A stretch of 63,767 nt of DNA, the filler included, from Octopus bimaculoides (taxonomy: Eukaryota): assembly GCF_001194135.2 (NCBI RefSeq). It is 4 parts of 4 records of this genome, joined end to end, with 100 filler letters (N's around TTAATTAATTAA, not from the genome) between each part and the next. Parts side by side here need not be neighbours in the genome. Positions count along the whole stretch, not along the records: positions 23,855 to 42,610 come from NC_068987.1; positions 42,711 to 59,155 come from NC_068992.1; 2 more parts are not named here. One strand, written 5' to 3'. The notes beneath the pieces were generated by a model, which saw only the letters and a list, made by a program, of their open reading frames with translations, was not told the DNA's origin and did not search any database. Position 1 is the stretch's first letter; every line of letters starts with the position of its first letter. Of this stretch, positions 38,688 through 51,411 are shown piece by piece. Made by a program: the position numbers and the translations under genes.

Positions 38688-40755
38688 TACACATACACAT
38701 ATATGCACTACTCTCTCTGTACCTCTCTCTCTCTCTCCCTCTCCCACTCTCTATTCTTCTAACCCACCCTCTCTCTTTCTCTCTCCCTATTAACCAATCT
38801 ATTCATTTATGTATCTATCTATGCAGATATGTATGTACACGCGCACACACATACATACGTACATACATACATATATATGACATATATATATGTGCGTAGA
38901 TATATATATATATACTTGTACTGGGCTTGGGTATGTCGTTATATGGCTAAAATCTGTGACCATTTATATCACTTTAACGGCAGTGTTATATGGAATACTT
39001 CGCCCAGCAGCGTGCTCCGTATTTTCATTGCTGTTTCACATAGAAAATAAACTACATTCGTATAATGTAGGACAAAGGCAGTACAGACATAAGGGATGTG
39101 GCACGGGAGAGATTATAAAGTAATGGCGGAAATTTTAAGAAGAAAATGATTAGTCGTAGGTCTGTAGGTCGAGATGTAACAGCAGAAGTGGACTGCTACA
39201 TGTTATGTACAGAAGCGTTTCAAAATTCACTTCATAATATGTCTCATATCATCGGTGAGAATGTAAGATGTACCGGCTTGAGTGTATTTTCAGTTAACAC
39301 TAAATCATAAATGTAAAGTGCATATTGTAGGAAATATATACAAGAATTAAACCAACAGAACAGGTTTTATCTAATGAAAATGTTATTGTATTATCATTTA
39401 TTGGTTTACAAGTGCCGTTGATTAATGTAGCCGCAGCTCCATCTAAGTCTTATACTGTATATATAGAATTAGATGGCGCTGTGTATAATTCTATACCATC
39501 AAGTTCTGGAAGTCACCTCCTGAAACCCATAGATTTAGGCATTATTCATAAATCATTCCACAAGACACCAGATTTTTTTTTTTTTTTATATAGGAAACAT
39601 CACTTGCCCAATATACGAATTTCATTATTGATAATATTCATACTTCATTGAATTTTTTCATTACAAATTAAATAAAAGTAATCATTAAATCTGCTCGATA
39701 TTAATGTTTAATTTCCCCTACTAAAATTTATTCTGTATTCTAAGATGATAGACACTTCTTACTAATCATAAGCATAATTTATTATAATATTGCTTAATTT
39801 TAAATTTTCATCGTAATGCTCAGTTTATAAATAAAGGAACTTGTAACCTTATAAACCTTATTCATACTTTCTAACTTAATTAGTGGTAATAGATAACTAC
39901 AATTGTGTTACTAAACAAATAATTTTTATGAGCGTTTTCATGTTCCTATACATTAATATAAGGGATATACAATATATTACTTTATTATCATTGCTTTTCT
40001 ATTGTAAAAGAGCTCAAATTATGATCAAAACCATTTTTACCTTTCCAGGCTTATTTAAGAGATATTGTCTACGGAATTACCCTATCGCATATATAGTAAC
40101 TTTATATACAAGGTGTGATATGAAGTATAATTCGTTGTTATTCTTAGCGGGATGGGTGACTATGTAGAGGATTTCTCGTTCAGTCTGCAATGTGATAATA
40201 TATTTCCTATACTGTAGAGATATACTGCCAACGATATTATATAAAGAGAGCAATCACAAATTTGGCAAGAAAATATAATCACTAAACTACTGCTGAAACT
40301 ATGCTAACCAGATGCTCCCGGTACTAGTATCTGATTGTAAACAATGTATTTGATATTGACATAATCCCCTTGGAAAATAGAAGGAAATACACACTAGGAA
40401 GAATAAATAATGCTCAACACAACAAACAGTTGGGTTGTATCATACGTTACTTAAAAAAGAAACCAAATGTTGTGTGAGGACTTGAATGCTTACAATGTGT
40501 AATTTCATGAGACAGAACATTTGGATATTTGGATATCTCATACGTTTGACGATAAAATCGGAATTCCAATATCCAGTTCATCATTTAGAATTATAGGAAG
40601 GCTTCGTTTTCAAGCACTGTCTATTCATTAAACTGCATGTTCATGGTATTTTGTAGGTGTCTCCTTTATTTTAGCCATAGATAGAAGGATGATTTACTAA
40701 TGGTAAACGACAGCTGCTCGTGTATATATATACTGACAGACGGATAGATAGATAT

Positions 40756-40831
<76 letters not shown>

Positions 40832-41251
40832 NNNNNNNNNNNNNNNNNNNNNNNNNNNNNNNNNNNNNNNNNNNNNNNNNNNNNNNNNNNNNNNNNNNNN
40901 NNNNNNNNNNNNNNNNNNNNNNNNNNNNNNNNNNNNNNNNNNNNNNNNNNNNNNNNNNNNNNNNNNNNNNNNNNNNNNNNNNNNNNNNNNNNNNNNNNNN
41001 NNNNNNNNNNNNNNNNNNNNNNNNNNNNNNNNNNNNNNNNNNNNNNNNNNNNNNNNNNNNNNNNNNNNNNNNNNNNNNNNNNNNNNNNNNNNNNAAATGT
41101 TCATGGAGTTAATTATGAAGGAGTGATAGTAGAGCTTTGAAAACCATGCGGTTATTAATTTCAAAACTTATACAAAACTCTATTGTTCCTTTCCTGTTAG
41201 ACTGACATTTAAATGATTTGAAAAGATTTCAAAAGTAACTAGTAGCGACTT

Positions 41252-41628
41252 CCCGTCAAAATGGACAAAATTTGGCATCGTACTGTTATGAATGAAGCAC
41301 CTGCAGAAAAAGGATTTAAATCCCAACAGCATTCGCGCAAACATAGTTCCTACATGATACACCAGATTTATCAATGGTGTAAAAGTTGGTAGCTGAGTTT
41401 AGGAGGGCAAGAGAGTGTCTAGCCGTCCTGCAATTGTCACAAAACGCAGAAACATTGATAGTATTCCCCACAAAGAGATAGATAACAGACAATTGACTAT
41501 AAATCAAATATCGAATGCTATTACCATATCCAGTAACAGAGTTGAGAATATTCTGCACAATGAACTTGGCACGACGAAGATTTCTGCTCCGTAGATACCA
41601 CGTCTTCTGATACCTGATCATACACACA
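41252..41628 (+). mobile_element. Mariner (DD34D-type) transposase N-terminal fragment
   Basis: MDKIWHRTV...NRQLTINQISNAITISSNRVENILHNELGTTKISAP*IPRLL (WVPRLL-like motif). Confidence 0.8.
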
Positions 41629-41869
41629 CGCGTGTGTGTGGACTCATTTCATTTGACTAAAAAAACAGAATTAAGGCAGTGTCCCAGCATGGCCACAGTC
41701 TTATGACTGAAACAATGAAACAGGTTGAAGAGATATATACGTGTGTGTATTTGTACGTGTGTGCGCGCGCGAGTGTAGATGTAATTCCATATATGTATGT
41801 GTGTATACGTGTCTGTTTTGTGTATACTTTCATGCATTGTGCTGAATTATTTAGGTACATTACAGTACA

Positions 41870-42230
41870 TATTCCGCAGTCTAGCTGACCGTTGAGGCAC
41901 CACTAATGATTCTGTGACCAAATCCCTGCAACACTCTCTATCTTTTGCCTCTTGCACTGCGTCTCGAAACTTTAGGCCTATCTGCTCACAGATGTTGTTT
42001 CCCCACCTCTTTCTCTGTCTGCCTCTGTGTCTGCCAACTTTCACTGTTCTCTGGAGGATTGTATAGGCCATCCCTCATGAGCGGGTGACATGCCCAGACC
42101 ATCTGAGTTTGCATTTCTTTACTGTGGTAGGAAGTTCATATAGGGCCCTTTTGCCTGTCTTATTCTTCTTTTGACTTCATGTGTGCTACGATCTCTCTAT
42201 ATTCTCAACAGTCTCCTGAAACATTTCGTC
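41870..42230 (-). mobile_element. RTE-clade LINE 3' end
   Basis: KCKLRWSGHVTRS*GMAYTILQRTVKVGRHRGRQRKRWGNNI, the typical RTE C-terminus. Confidence 0.8.
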
Positions 42231-42487
42231 TATGTACATAGGTACATAGTGGTATATAAATGAAAAGCACAATCTGTATAATCAAACACTTTTCAGTGAG
42301 TTTACAAAACTAAAGCTAACCATATACTTAAACAAGAATTGTCTAAATCGTAAACAATTGTAATATTTACAACATGACACATTTTCAGCCTCAATAATTG
42401 ACAAACTAAACGCATCTCAATATGCAACTAAAATTAAATGTGTTCGCACTGAAACGCTTTTCCAAGTATTCGGCAAATATGTGTTTC

Positions 42488-42516
42488 TTCTCCTTCTTCT
42501 TCTTCTTCTTCTTCTT

Positions 42517-42610
<94 letters not shown>
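42488..42610. repeat. Compound (CTT)n(ATT)n microsatellite
   Basis: Direct inspection. Confidence 0.95.
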
Positions 42611-42889
42611 NNNNNNNNNNNNNNNNNNNNNNNNNNNNNNNNNNNNNNNNNNNNTTAATTAATTAANNNNNNNNNNNNNNNNNNNNNNNNNNNNNNNNNN
42701 NNNNNNNNNNTATATATATATATATATATATATATATGACCGCATATACTTCAAATATAAAAGGATACAACCATTGCCTTAACATATTCACATTAATATT
42801 GGAACTCATATCTGTGGCAGAACTCTTTATGTTTGAAGTCTATGCGGTCATCTGACGAGAACGGTTTTTTCAAATGTAGCCGTCCGCCA

Positions 42890-43070
42890 TAGCTGCGGCA
42901 ATCTCTGGCGCAAACTTCGAGTTTCAAAATGTGTGGTGGATAAACCTCACCAAAAGAACTCAGCTTACGGCAGACACTGGCGACTACAAGGAGTTCTACG
43001 AAGCCCTAAAATCTGGGTAAGGTCCCTCACACCAAGTCCAGAATCAATTATATAGTGCAGACGGAATTGT
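42890..43070 (+). mobile_element. RTE/BovB-like LINE internal fragment
   Basis: FQNVWWINLTKRTQLTADTGDYKEFYEALKSG*GPSHQVQNQLYSADG. Confidence 0.75.
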
Positions 43071-44176
43071 TACGAGTCTATATATTGCACGCTTTGCCTT
43101 TAATTACGAGATATCAGTTTTCTAACAGACGTTTCCTTTTTCTTTTCTTTTAAAATATCATTTGTCTGATCACCTCATTTCTGAGTTGATGTGTGTGTGT
43201 GTGTGTGTATTAGCAGACATACCCGGAGTTGCGCGAGATATAAATGGCATAGTTTGTATATATGGTACAGTTAAGTTGAAAAGTGATACGGGAAAGTGCA
43301 GCATTGACGACAAAATATTTGTGGAGTAAAAATGAAGGGCTACTTCGACTAAGTGACATGCCATGCGTCTGTTTGGAAGATTCCAGGCCCTAACCATGTC
43401 ATGGAAAAGTGGGTGGGGGTGTATGTGATTTTTGAATGCACCAAAAAGGTCTCAGTGGATATACTTTGCTTTGCTGCTGTCGCTACCACGCTCAACAATC
43501 AGCAGACATAGGAACTACCTCTATGTGATAAATTAAGCCTATGGGCGCGCTCAACAGCACCACATGACAGAGCAAGTAACGCTGTGCTGCATGTTGGACT
43601 CAGTGAGAGCATTGAGAGCTCAGTCATATATAATATGTATATATATATAACATGTATATATAATATATATATGTATATATATATATAATATATAATGTAT
43701 ATATGTATATATAGAGAGAGATTCAGATGAATATGGTACTTAAGTTGAGGCACCAGAATTTAGTACGGTATTATCCATATATATATATATATATGTAAGA
43801 ACGACCGTGCGAACTCAAAAGGAGAAATGGTGACGAATGGAAAAACAGGGCTCCTTTCTTATAACGCGTCACACGGTCGAACACAAAATTATATCAAATG
43901 ATACACATATGTTATACTTCGATAACATAGTGAATTCGTAAATGGCCAGTAAGGAAGACGATAGAACACAACCGTATAAAGATGAATAACTGTAATATTT
44001 ATTGTAACATTAAAATGTATGTCTGTGTGTGAGTGTGAATGCGACATATTAAAACATAATAAAAGACAGGCCGTCGTGTAAAGAAAAGAGTGTGTGTAAG
44101 TGATACATGTATGTGTATGCGTGAGATACAGCAGATAGAAAAAGAGTCCGTAACACATATAAGAATTTGCCAGTTC

Positions 44177-44263
44177 TTAGAGTACACAATAGTAACAGTC
44201 TGTACGTAAGAAGTTGAGGCGTGTGTGGCAGTGGATCACTCGTCGTGATGTTAGGGCTTCCAT
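44177..44263 (-). CDS. Candidate 28-aa small ORF or uORF (MEALTSRRVIHCHTRLNFLRTDCYYCVL)
   Basis: First ATG after a 300+ nt ATG-free GC-rich leader; favourable context GGCATGG; TAA at 44177-44179; AATAAA downstream at 43998-44003. Confidence 0.35.
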   Translation of the reverse strand: MEALTSRRVIHCHTRLNFLRTDCYYCVL

Positions 44264-44569
44264 GCCGAGCCGGGTTCTGGAATACAGATGTTCGTCGCAG
44301 GCTAGGTTCTTGTCTGTTGTCTATCGTGGCGAAGGTGAATCGCACAAACAGAATCGAAGAGAGAAGTGCCGCGGTTACTGTTTGGTAGCTTGTGTACGTG
44401 GAAAGTCGTGTTGAAGATGTTGGCGACGTCGGTGGCGAATCTTGTAGTTCGTAGTGTCGTGTTGACTGGCGGCGATGCTGGTAGTCGTAGTTGTACGAAG
44501 CTGTTGGTTGTTGTCACTGGCTGCTGCTGCTGTGTGGTACACGGAACAGGTCTCTAAGAGATCTGAACC

Positions 44570-44745
44570 GAGACGAATTAGCTGGGTATCTAGTAGGCTA
44601 TTTAAAGCAAAATAGGGGCTCCAGAGAAGGCATTAGAAGAACACTATCACGTGACCTTATCAAGGGCTGTGATTGGACAGTTTGCGTTCTGGCGGGAACG
44701 GTACGAAGCAGTTGCCGCTTCAAATAATAATCAGTCACGTGATGG
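44570..44745 (-). promoter_or_regulatory. Putative RNA polymerase II promoter: TATA-like box, CCAAT box and two GTCACGTGAT E-boxes
   Basis: TTTAAATAG at 44598-44606, CCAAT at 44672-44676, ATCACGTGAC at 44646-44655 and GTCACGTGAT at 44734-44743, in a CpG-rich non-repeat island. Confidence 0.55.
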
Positions 44746-44901
44746 ATACAGTAGGATGCTCTCTACTACGCCCGAACTTGAATATATTTATAACAGCGAG
44801 AGAAGATGGTTTGTTTGTATATAATGGCGATCGAGGTGTTAGTTTCACTATATATATANNNNNNNNNNNNNNNNNNNNNNNNNNNNNNNNNNNNNNNNNN
44901 N

Positions 44902-44933
<32 letters not shown>

Positions 44934-44941
44934 ATGTATGT

Positions 44942-45150
44942 AGGCGCAGGGGTGGGTGTGTGGTAAGTAGCTTGCTTCTCAACTAAATGGTTACGGGTTC
45001 AGTCCCATTGCGTCGAACCTTGGGCAAGTGTCTTCTACTATAGCCTCGGGCTGACCAAAAACCTTGTGAGTGGTCCCAGGGTCGATTTGCTCGACTAAAT
45101 GTGGTGCTCCAGCATGGCCGCAGTCATGACTGAAACAAGTAACAGAAAAT
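44942..45150 (+). mobile_element. SINE family B (internally shortened, with CCAGCATGGCCGCAGTC...TGACTGAAAC tail domain)
   Basis: tRNA-like head GGCGCAGGGGTGGGTGTGTGGTAAG...GGTTCAGTCCC. Confidence 0.8.
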
Positions 45151-45174
45151 AAGAATATGTATATACATATACAT

Positions 45175-45335
45175 ATATGCGACGGGCTTCTTTCAGTTTT
45201 TGTCTACCAAACTTAGTCACAAGGCTTTGGTCGGCCCGAGGCTATAGTAGAAGACACATGCCCAAGGTGCCACGCAGTGGGATTGTACCCGAAGCCATAT
45301 GGTTCGAAAGCAAGCTTCTTACCCCACAGCCATGT
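45175..45335 (-). mobile_element. SINE family B, inverted relative to the 44942 copy
   Basis: GGTCGGCCCGAGGCTATAGTAGAAGACAC is the reverse complement of the family body. Confidence 0.8.
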
Positions 45336-45454
45336 ATGTGTGCATGTGTGTGTGTGTCCCACTACCACTTGGCAACCGGTGTTGGTTCTTTTTACGTCTC
45401 CGTTCTTTAAGTGGTTTGTCATAAGAAGCCGATATAAGTAACGGGCTTAAATAT

Positions 45455-45650
45455 CCTTTCTACTATAGGCACAAAGCCTGGGATTTTGTGAGGGAGAGGC
45501 TAGTCGATTACATTGACCCCAGTACTCAACTAGTGCTCATTTAATGACCCCGTAAAGATGAAAGGCGAAGTCGATCTTGGCGAAATTTAAACTTAAAACA
45601 TAAAAGACGGACAAAATGCTTAGTGGCATTTTGTCCGGTGTCAGGTTTAG
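45455..45650 (-). mobile_element. SINE family A
   Basis: CCTTTCTACTATAGGCACAA tail and GTCGATTACATTGACCCCAG core. Confidence 0.8.
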
Positions 45651-46315
45651 AAATAAAACAAAAACCCTTAAAAATAACGTAAAAACAATTGAAAGCGGTG
45701 CCCCAGCATGGCCGCATCTCAATTATTAAAACAGAAAGTTTTATCCCTCCCTTAGCATATGTGTGCGTGTTTTTATCATTGAGGAAAGGAAATATTTTGT
45801 CGCTGTTGCAGTCTGTTTAACTATGGAAAAGGTTCAGTGTGGCAAGGGAGATAACTCCTCCACTACTATTTCAACGAGCAATATAGGACATATATTAATT
45901 ACATTACATTAACTAGAACAACGTATTCTAACAAGGGGACAGACAGAGATATGGTAAGGGGAATAAGTCAACAAGGGATGGTCATCTTGGTCACACGGTG
46001 TGCTGGAAATAACAAGCATATCTCCTTTAAGTTAGTGCTACTGTATAAAAACAAAAGAAGGACAGAAACTGAACCCTGTAATGCTAAATAAATTATGCCA
46101 TTCCTTTATCTTTTACCTTTCTTTTCTTTTACTTCTCTCAGTCATTGAACTGCGTTCCAAAACCTCCCGCAGAAATATTTAAAATCTAAAAAGAAAAATA
46201 AATAAATACCTACAGGCCACAGAAACCCGCGATATAAATTTACATATATTAGCCAGAAAAATCCGCGATGTAGTACTGAATGCGTGATGGTGAACCGCTA
46301 TATAGCGAGGGATTA

Positions 46316-46353
<38 letters not shown>

Positions 46354-46414
46354 AATCGCCCATGTCAAATTTATATGTATAGATATGTATATATGAATGT
46401 ATGTATATATATTA

Positions 46415-46570
46415 CATGACGGTTTCAGTTTTTGTCTACCAAAACCACTCATAAATCTTTGGTCGACCTGGGGCTATAGTAGAAGACATTTGCCCAAGGT
46501 GCTACACAGTGAGGCTGAACCCGGGGTCATGTGCTTGGGAAGCAGGCTTTTTACCAGTAACATGCCTGTG
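46415..46570 (-). mobile_element. SINE family B
   Basis: TTTGGTCGACCTGGGGCTATAGTAGAAGACATTTGCCCAAGGTG. Confidence 0.75.
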
Positions 46571-47699
46571 CATATATGTCTTTTTTTTTTTAATGTTATT
46601 GTTTAACCCTAGGTGAGGCCTGATTGAGCACATGATCAGATACGTTCCATCATTCAACCCGTCATTTTCCTTTCTCTATCTAGGACTTCATTACCTAATG
46701 TAGAGTACATTTAAAATTATTTGGCTGCTATTTCTAGCAGGTCGAACGACCATATCGCTGGACCCCCTTTAATTATTATTTTATTCTGGTGGACCAGCAT
46801 AGCCATTTGATGCTTACAAACTAGCTTTATAGAAACATCTTTCAAAATCCCTATTTTACTTTCCGCACATTAACTTGTGTAGGTTGAACTTCGTAAAACG
46901 TTAAACAAAGAAACGTAACTCTTCCTTGCAATACATACCAATATATACAACAAAGGCAAACGTTTTTCAAGGGCTCTTACAATACTATTGTGGGTCTCCA
47001 ATTTACTATTTTATTGCATGGACCCTCAGGGGCCATATGGACTCCCTTGTTCAGTCGTTCCAACTATGTTTCTCTTTTGATGACTAGACTTGTTTCAACA
47101 CAACACCTATTTGGAAAATGTGTTCTTATACACTTGGCTGATTCCCCTTCCGTCCTATCACTCTTCCTTTAGCGAACAATACGTGGATCATACTAAGCTA
47201 TCATGATGACGACATTACGATGCTTTCTATCAATTATTCTTCAAAGTGTTCTCTTAAGTTTCCATGGACCCATTAACCACCGATCAGAGAATTCCTCAAA
47301 TATGTTGCAATCTCACAAAGGTTAGCCCGGTTAGTTAGAGTGATCTCCCTTCTCACCAAACCGGACTTGATAGTTTAATTTGCTACAAATAGCAGGAAAA
47401 CGTACCTCAGATCACAACTTTATGTCTTAAAATAAGAACGTCGCATTGAATAAAGAAGTCCTCTCTATGTACGAATATTAGACGGGATGGTCACAAGTGG
47501 AACATTTCTGGTCATAAACGAGATCAAGACCGACTTGATATTAATAATTGCAACAAGTACAGGCATTTCGGATAAGGTAGTCATAAATGCATTATGTCCC
47601 AATCAAAGATGGGGTGGCTACGGTTAAAAAGGTCGCTTTGAAACACGTGGTTTCAGGTTCAATCCCACTGCTCGGCGGCATATCGGGCAAGTGTCTTCT

Positions 47700-49310
47700 A
47701 CTATAACTGACTGCTATATTATTGTTATTTCCGTTCAGAAAACGTTTGAGCATTTTGATAAGAAGACGTTTCTTTTATCTTTCTTCTGATCTCACTTGTG
47801 TGGAGGCGCAATGGCCCAGTGGTTAGGGCAGCGAACTCGCGGTTTTGATTTCCAGACGAAGCGTTGTGAGTGTTTATTGAGCGAAAACGCCTAAATCTCC
47901 ACGAGGCTCCGGCAGGGGATGGTGGCGAACCCTGCTGTACTCTTTCACCACAACTTTCTCTCACTCTTTCTTCCTGTTTCTGTTGTGCCTGTAATTCAAA
48001 GGGTCAGCCTTGTCACACTGTGTCACGCTGAATATCCCCGAGAACTACGCTAAGGGTACACATGTCTGTGGAGTGCTCAGCCACTTGCACGTTAATTTCA
48101 CAAGCAGGCTGTTCCGTTGATCAGATCAACTGGAACCCTCGACGTCGTAAGCGACGGAGTGCCAACATGTAGTTTGTAGAAAGGGAAAATTGGAAACCCT
48201 TTCTGACATGTTTCTATATGTTCGCTCAATGGAATTTAATGAACATTGGTGTTCCGGATTTGTTTTTCTGTGGACTCATGAACGTTCCGATAATGCATTC
48301 CCCGTCTCTCCTATATATAATTCCTCACAATTCAGGCATTTAATGCAGATCAAATTTCTGCTTTTGCAGTTCATATTTGCATTTGTGAAAACCTGTCCAT
48401 TTTTTGCTCTAACGGATCTACCAGTATGCATGTATTGACACGTTCCACATCTGTTATCGCTACACTTGAATACTATGAATGCTTTATCCTGTTATTTTTT
48501 CATGTTGAATTTTGCCTTTGTTAATAGTTTCTTTAGGTTATGTGGTTGCCTTTTGCTTAAGATAAGTGTTTGGTTAGCTGCTGTTTTTTATATTTTTCAC
48601 TTCGTTCTATGAATGGCAAATTTGTTTTAATGATGTTAAAAATGTTTTGGTGATGCGGATTGTGTGTTACTAGAAATGGTTGTTGTTTTCCTTTGATGGG
48701 TTCGTCTTTTTCGTGTTGCACTAAGTTGTTCTATAGGTATCTCTTTTGCACATTGTACGCTATTTTCTCTAAGTAGGAGAGGGTAATTTTGCTTGAGCAG
48801 AAACCCTTTGAGTTCTATAAGCTGTGCGTTTCTGATATTTGGATCATCTACTATAGTACAAATTTTCCTGGCTAGACAGTACGGGATATTGCATTTTGTG
48901 TGTTGGGTGGCAAGATTTGAAATTTAGGTATTGGTATGTGTTTCTGTGCTTTGATTGTGGTGTTATTTTTTTTCATAACCATTATGTCAAGAAATGGTAA
49001 TTGTGAGTTGCTCATTTCTCTTGTGAATTTGAGACTAAGGTGTAGATTGTTGGGGAGGGTGATGAATGCTTCCAGATTTTCTAGGGATTTGGTCTAAATT
49101 AGGAAAGTCATCGAGGTATCTGTTCCATGTGTGTCTTCTACAGAGTGAATATATAGAAACATGTGGTCAGAAAAGGTTTCTAATTTTTCCTTTCCACAAT
49201 CTACATGATACAAGTGAGACTGGAAGAAGAAAGATAAACGAAAAACGGTTTATGAAAATGTTCAAACCTGTTCTGAATGGAAATAACAACAATAATATAA
49301 CAACCAGTTA
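47700..49310 (-). mobile_element. Penelope-like retroelement: 5'-truncated RT plus GIY-YIG endonuclease, with an inverted copy of its 3' end
   Basis: Minus strand: WNRYLDD (RT), LKFTREMSNSQLPFLDIMV, NIPYCLARKIC, FKCSDNRCGTC and LYIGETG (GIY-YIG). 49143-49310 (+) is an inverted copy of 48166-48225 plus 47700-47800. Confidence 0.85.
47801..48167 (+). mobile_element. SINE family C, inserted in the Penelope 3' end
   Basis: Closely matches 2852-3237 and splits Penelope sequence that is contiguous at 49195-49215. Confidence 0.85.
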
Positions 49311-50150
49311 ATGATGTGGATTAAAAAATATCATTAACAAATGAATATAAACAAATTAAGGAATATTGGTAGGCTCGGCAAACCATGTCTAAACTGTATG
49401 TGGATTAGTCAAAACCATATTTCATAAGGCATTTCGGGTCCTTTATCGCAAATAGCTGTTACGTGGTAGCAGGGTGTGCTAGAAATAGCAGCCAAATCTT
49501 TAGAAGTGAGATATGATGATTGCACTCGAAAGAAACCTATGGCAAAAACTATTTCACACCAAGGTTACGAACAGGTTCTTTATGAAATATTTGCCGTATT
49601 TTTAAAGTCATTTTCAATTAAGAATATTTTGCCCATCATAATGTGTCTAATGGAAAGGTTAGAGTTTCTTCCCTTTCATGGTTAAATTATTTTCGGACTA
49701 TTTTCCCATTATGCCCCGTTTGGGGTATTTGTAGCCCAAAACCCTGAATATCTCAATAACTACTGGTCCGATTTACACGAAACTTCTTATACTCTGTTTG
49801 TATTCACATTTCAAGGACACTCTGAAAGTAAAGTATTTTCCCATTATGCGACAGTTTGGATGTGTAACATTGCAAGCAAGCAAAATTGAACTTCATTTTT
49901 AATGTATTATCGATGAATATACATACATGCGTACATATCAATTCTTAACACTTATTAAGATTTTTTCATTAATTCCTGTGCAAAGAAAAAAGAAAACAAA
50001 AGGAGAAAAAAAACATGAAAGAGTACAATAATTCATATCAATCATTTTGAAATAAAACATTTTGCAAGAATCCCCAAAATGTTAAATGAAACTTTATTCA
50101 ACATTGCAATGAGTAAAATGGCTTGAGTTTCTGAGGCATTAAAATATGAA

Positions 50151-50204
<54 letters not shown>

Positions 50205-51286
50205 ATAATAAATTGATAAAATAATTTAAAAATTCGATTGAAATGATTACAAAAAAAATCAAAAGAAAAAAGAAACCAGATGGAGCATTTCTTTACATTT
50301 CAGTGAAATCCCATGAGGCCATATATATACACATATACATATATATCTCCAGTTGGATGAAATTTATCAATGACTAGTTGGAAAATCAGCCAACATCCTC
50401 ATCGTCCAAGGTTAGAACTTTCTGGAAAGGAAATGTTTTTTTTTCGATGGATAATTTTTTTTTTTTTTCTTGAGCTTATAAAAACAGTTTTATTTTTATC
50501 CTTAAATAACTCTAAGGATCTGCCATAAAAAAAGTTATGTTGGAGAGGAAGCATGAACAATTATTATTATTATTATCATTATTATTATAATTATCATTAT
50601 TATCATTTAATAAAGAAGTAAGAGCGTCCATAGAATATATTGCAATAAGAAAATGTCCAATGTCATCTTGAAAGAAATGATATGAAGATATGGAAAGTGT
50701 AATTTCAAACAGATGGATTATAAAAAGATTCAATGATGACATATTAGCCAGGTAAAATGACGAAAAAAAAAAAAAACTGGATACTTCCACTGAGTGAATG
50801 TGATATAGTCATCTTGTCACCTTACAATGTGTGTGTGAATGTTACCTTGCAATACGTATGCATGTGTGTGAATGTGCTGTAATAATTACTTGACAATGTG
50901 TGTAAGATGATTAACTTGCTAATTGACCAAAGGTGGCAGAGTTCTACCACAAGCTATTCACATTTGTTAGCCTGTCTAACAGTTTTCTTTTTTGTTTTGT
51001 TTTTTTCTTGGTGGGGAGATTAATCACAAAGTAATGCTTGTCTAGACATAAAGGGAACATACTATACATCGCACACCTATATTAGAAGTAGCCTAGTCTA
51101 GTGTAGAATTAAGAAGTGGAAAGGGCCGGTCCATGTGTTACTGTGAGGTTCAGAATGGAAAGGTCATTCTATGTCTTAGTACAGAAGTCAGAGGAAGAAA
51201 AAGTCATGTGAGATGGAGAGCTATAATCTATTAATGAATGCAAATATTTTCAACAGAGGACATTATATACATATATACACATATCA

Positions 51287-51341
<55 letters not shown>

Positions 51342-51370
51342 GACACACGTATACAGACATAGACAAATAC

Positions 51371-51411
<41 letters not shown>

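Noticed and set aside
43208-43240. TAGCAGACATACCCGGAGTTGCGCG, resembling a Helitron/Helentron-type non-autonomous end
   Set aside because: Only about 30 bp, with no matching other end visible in the window.
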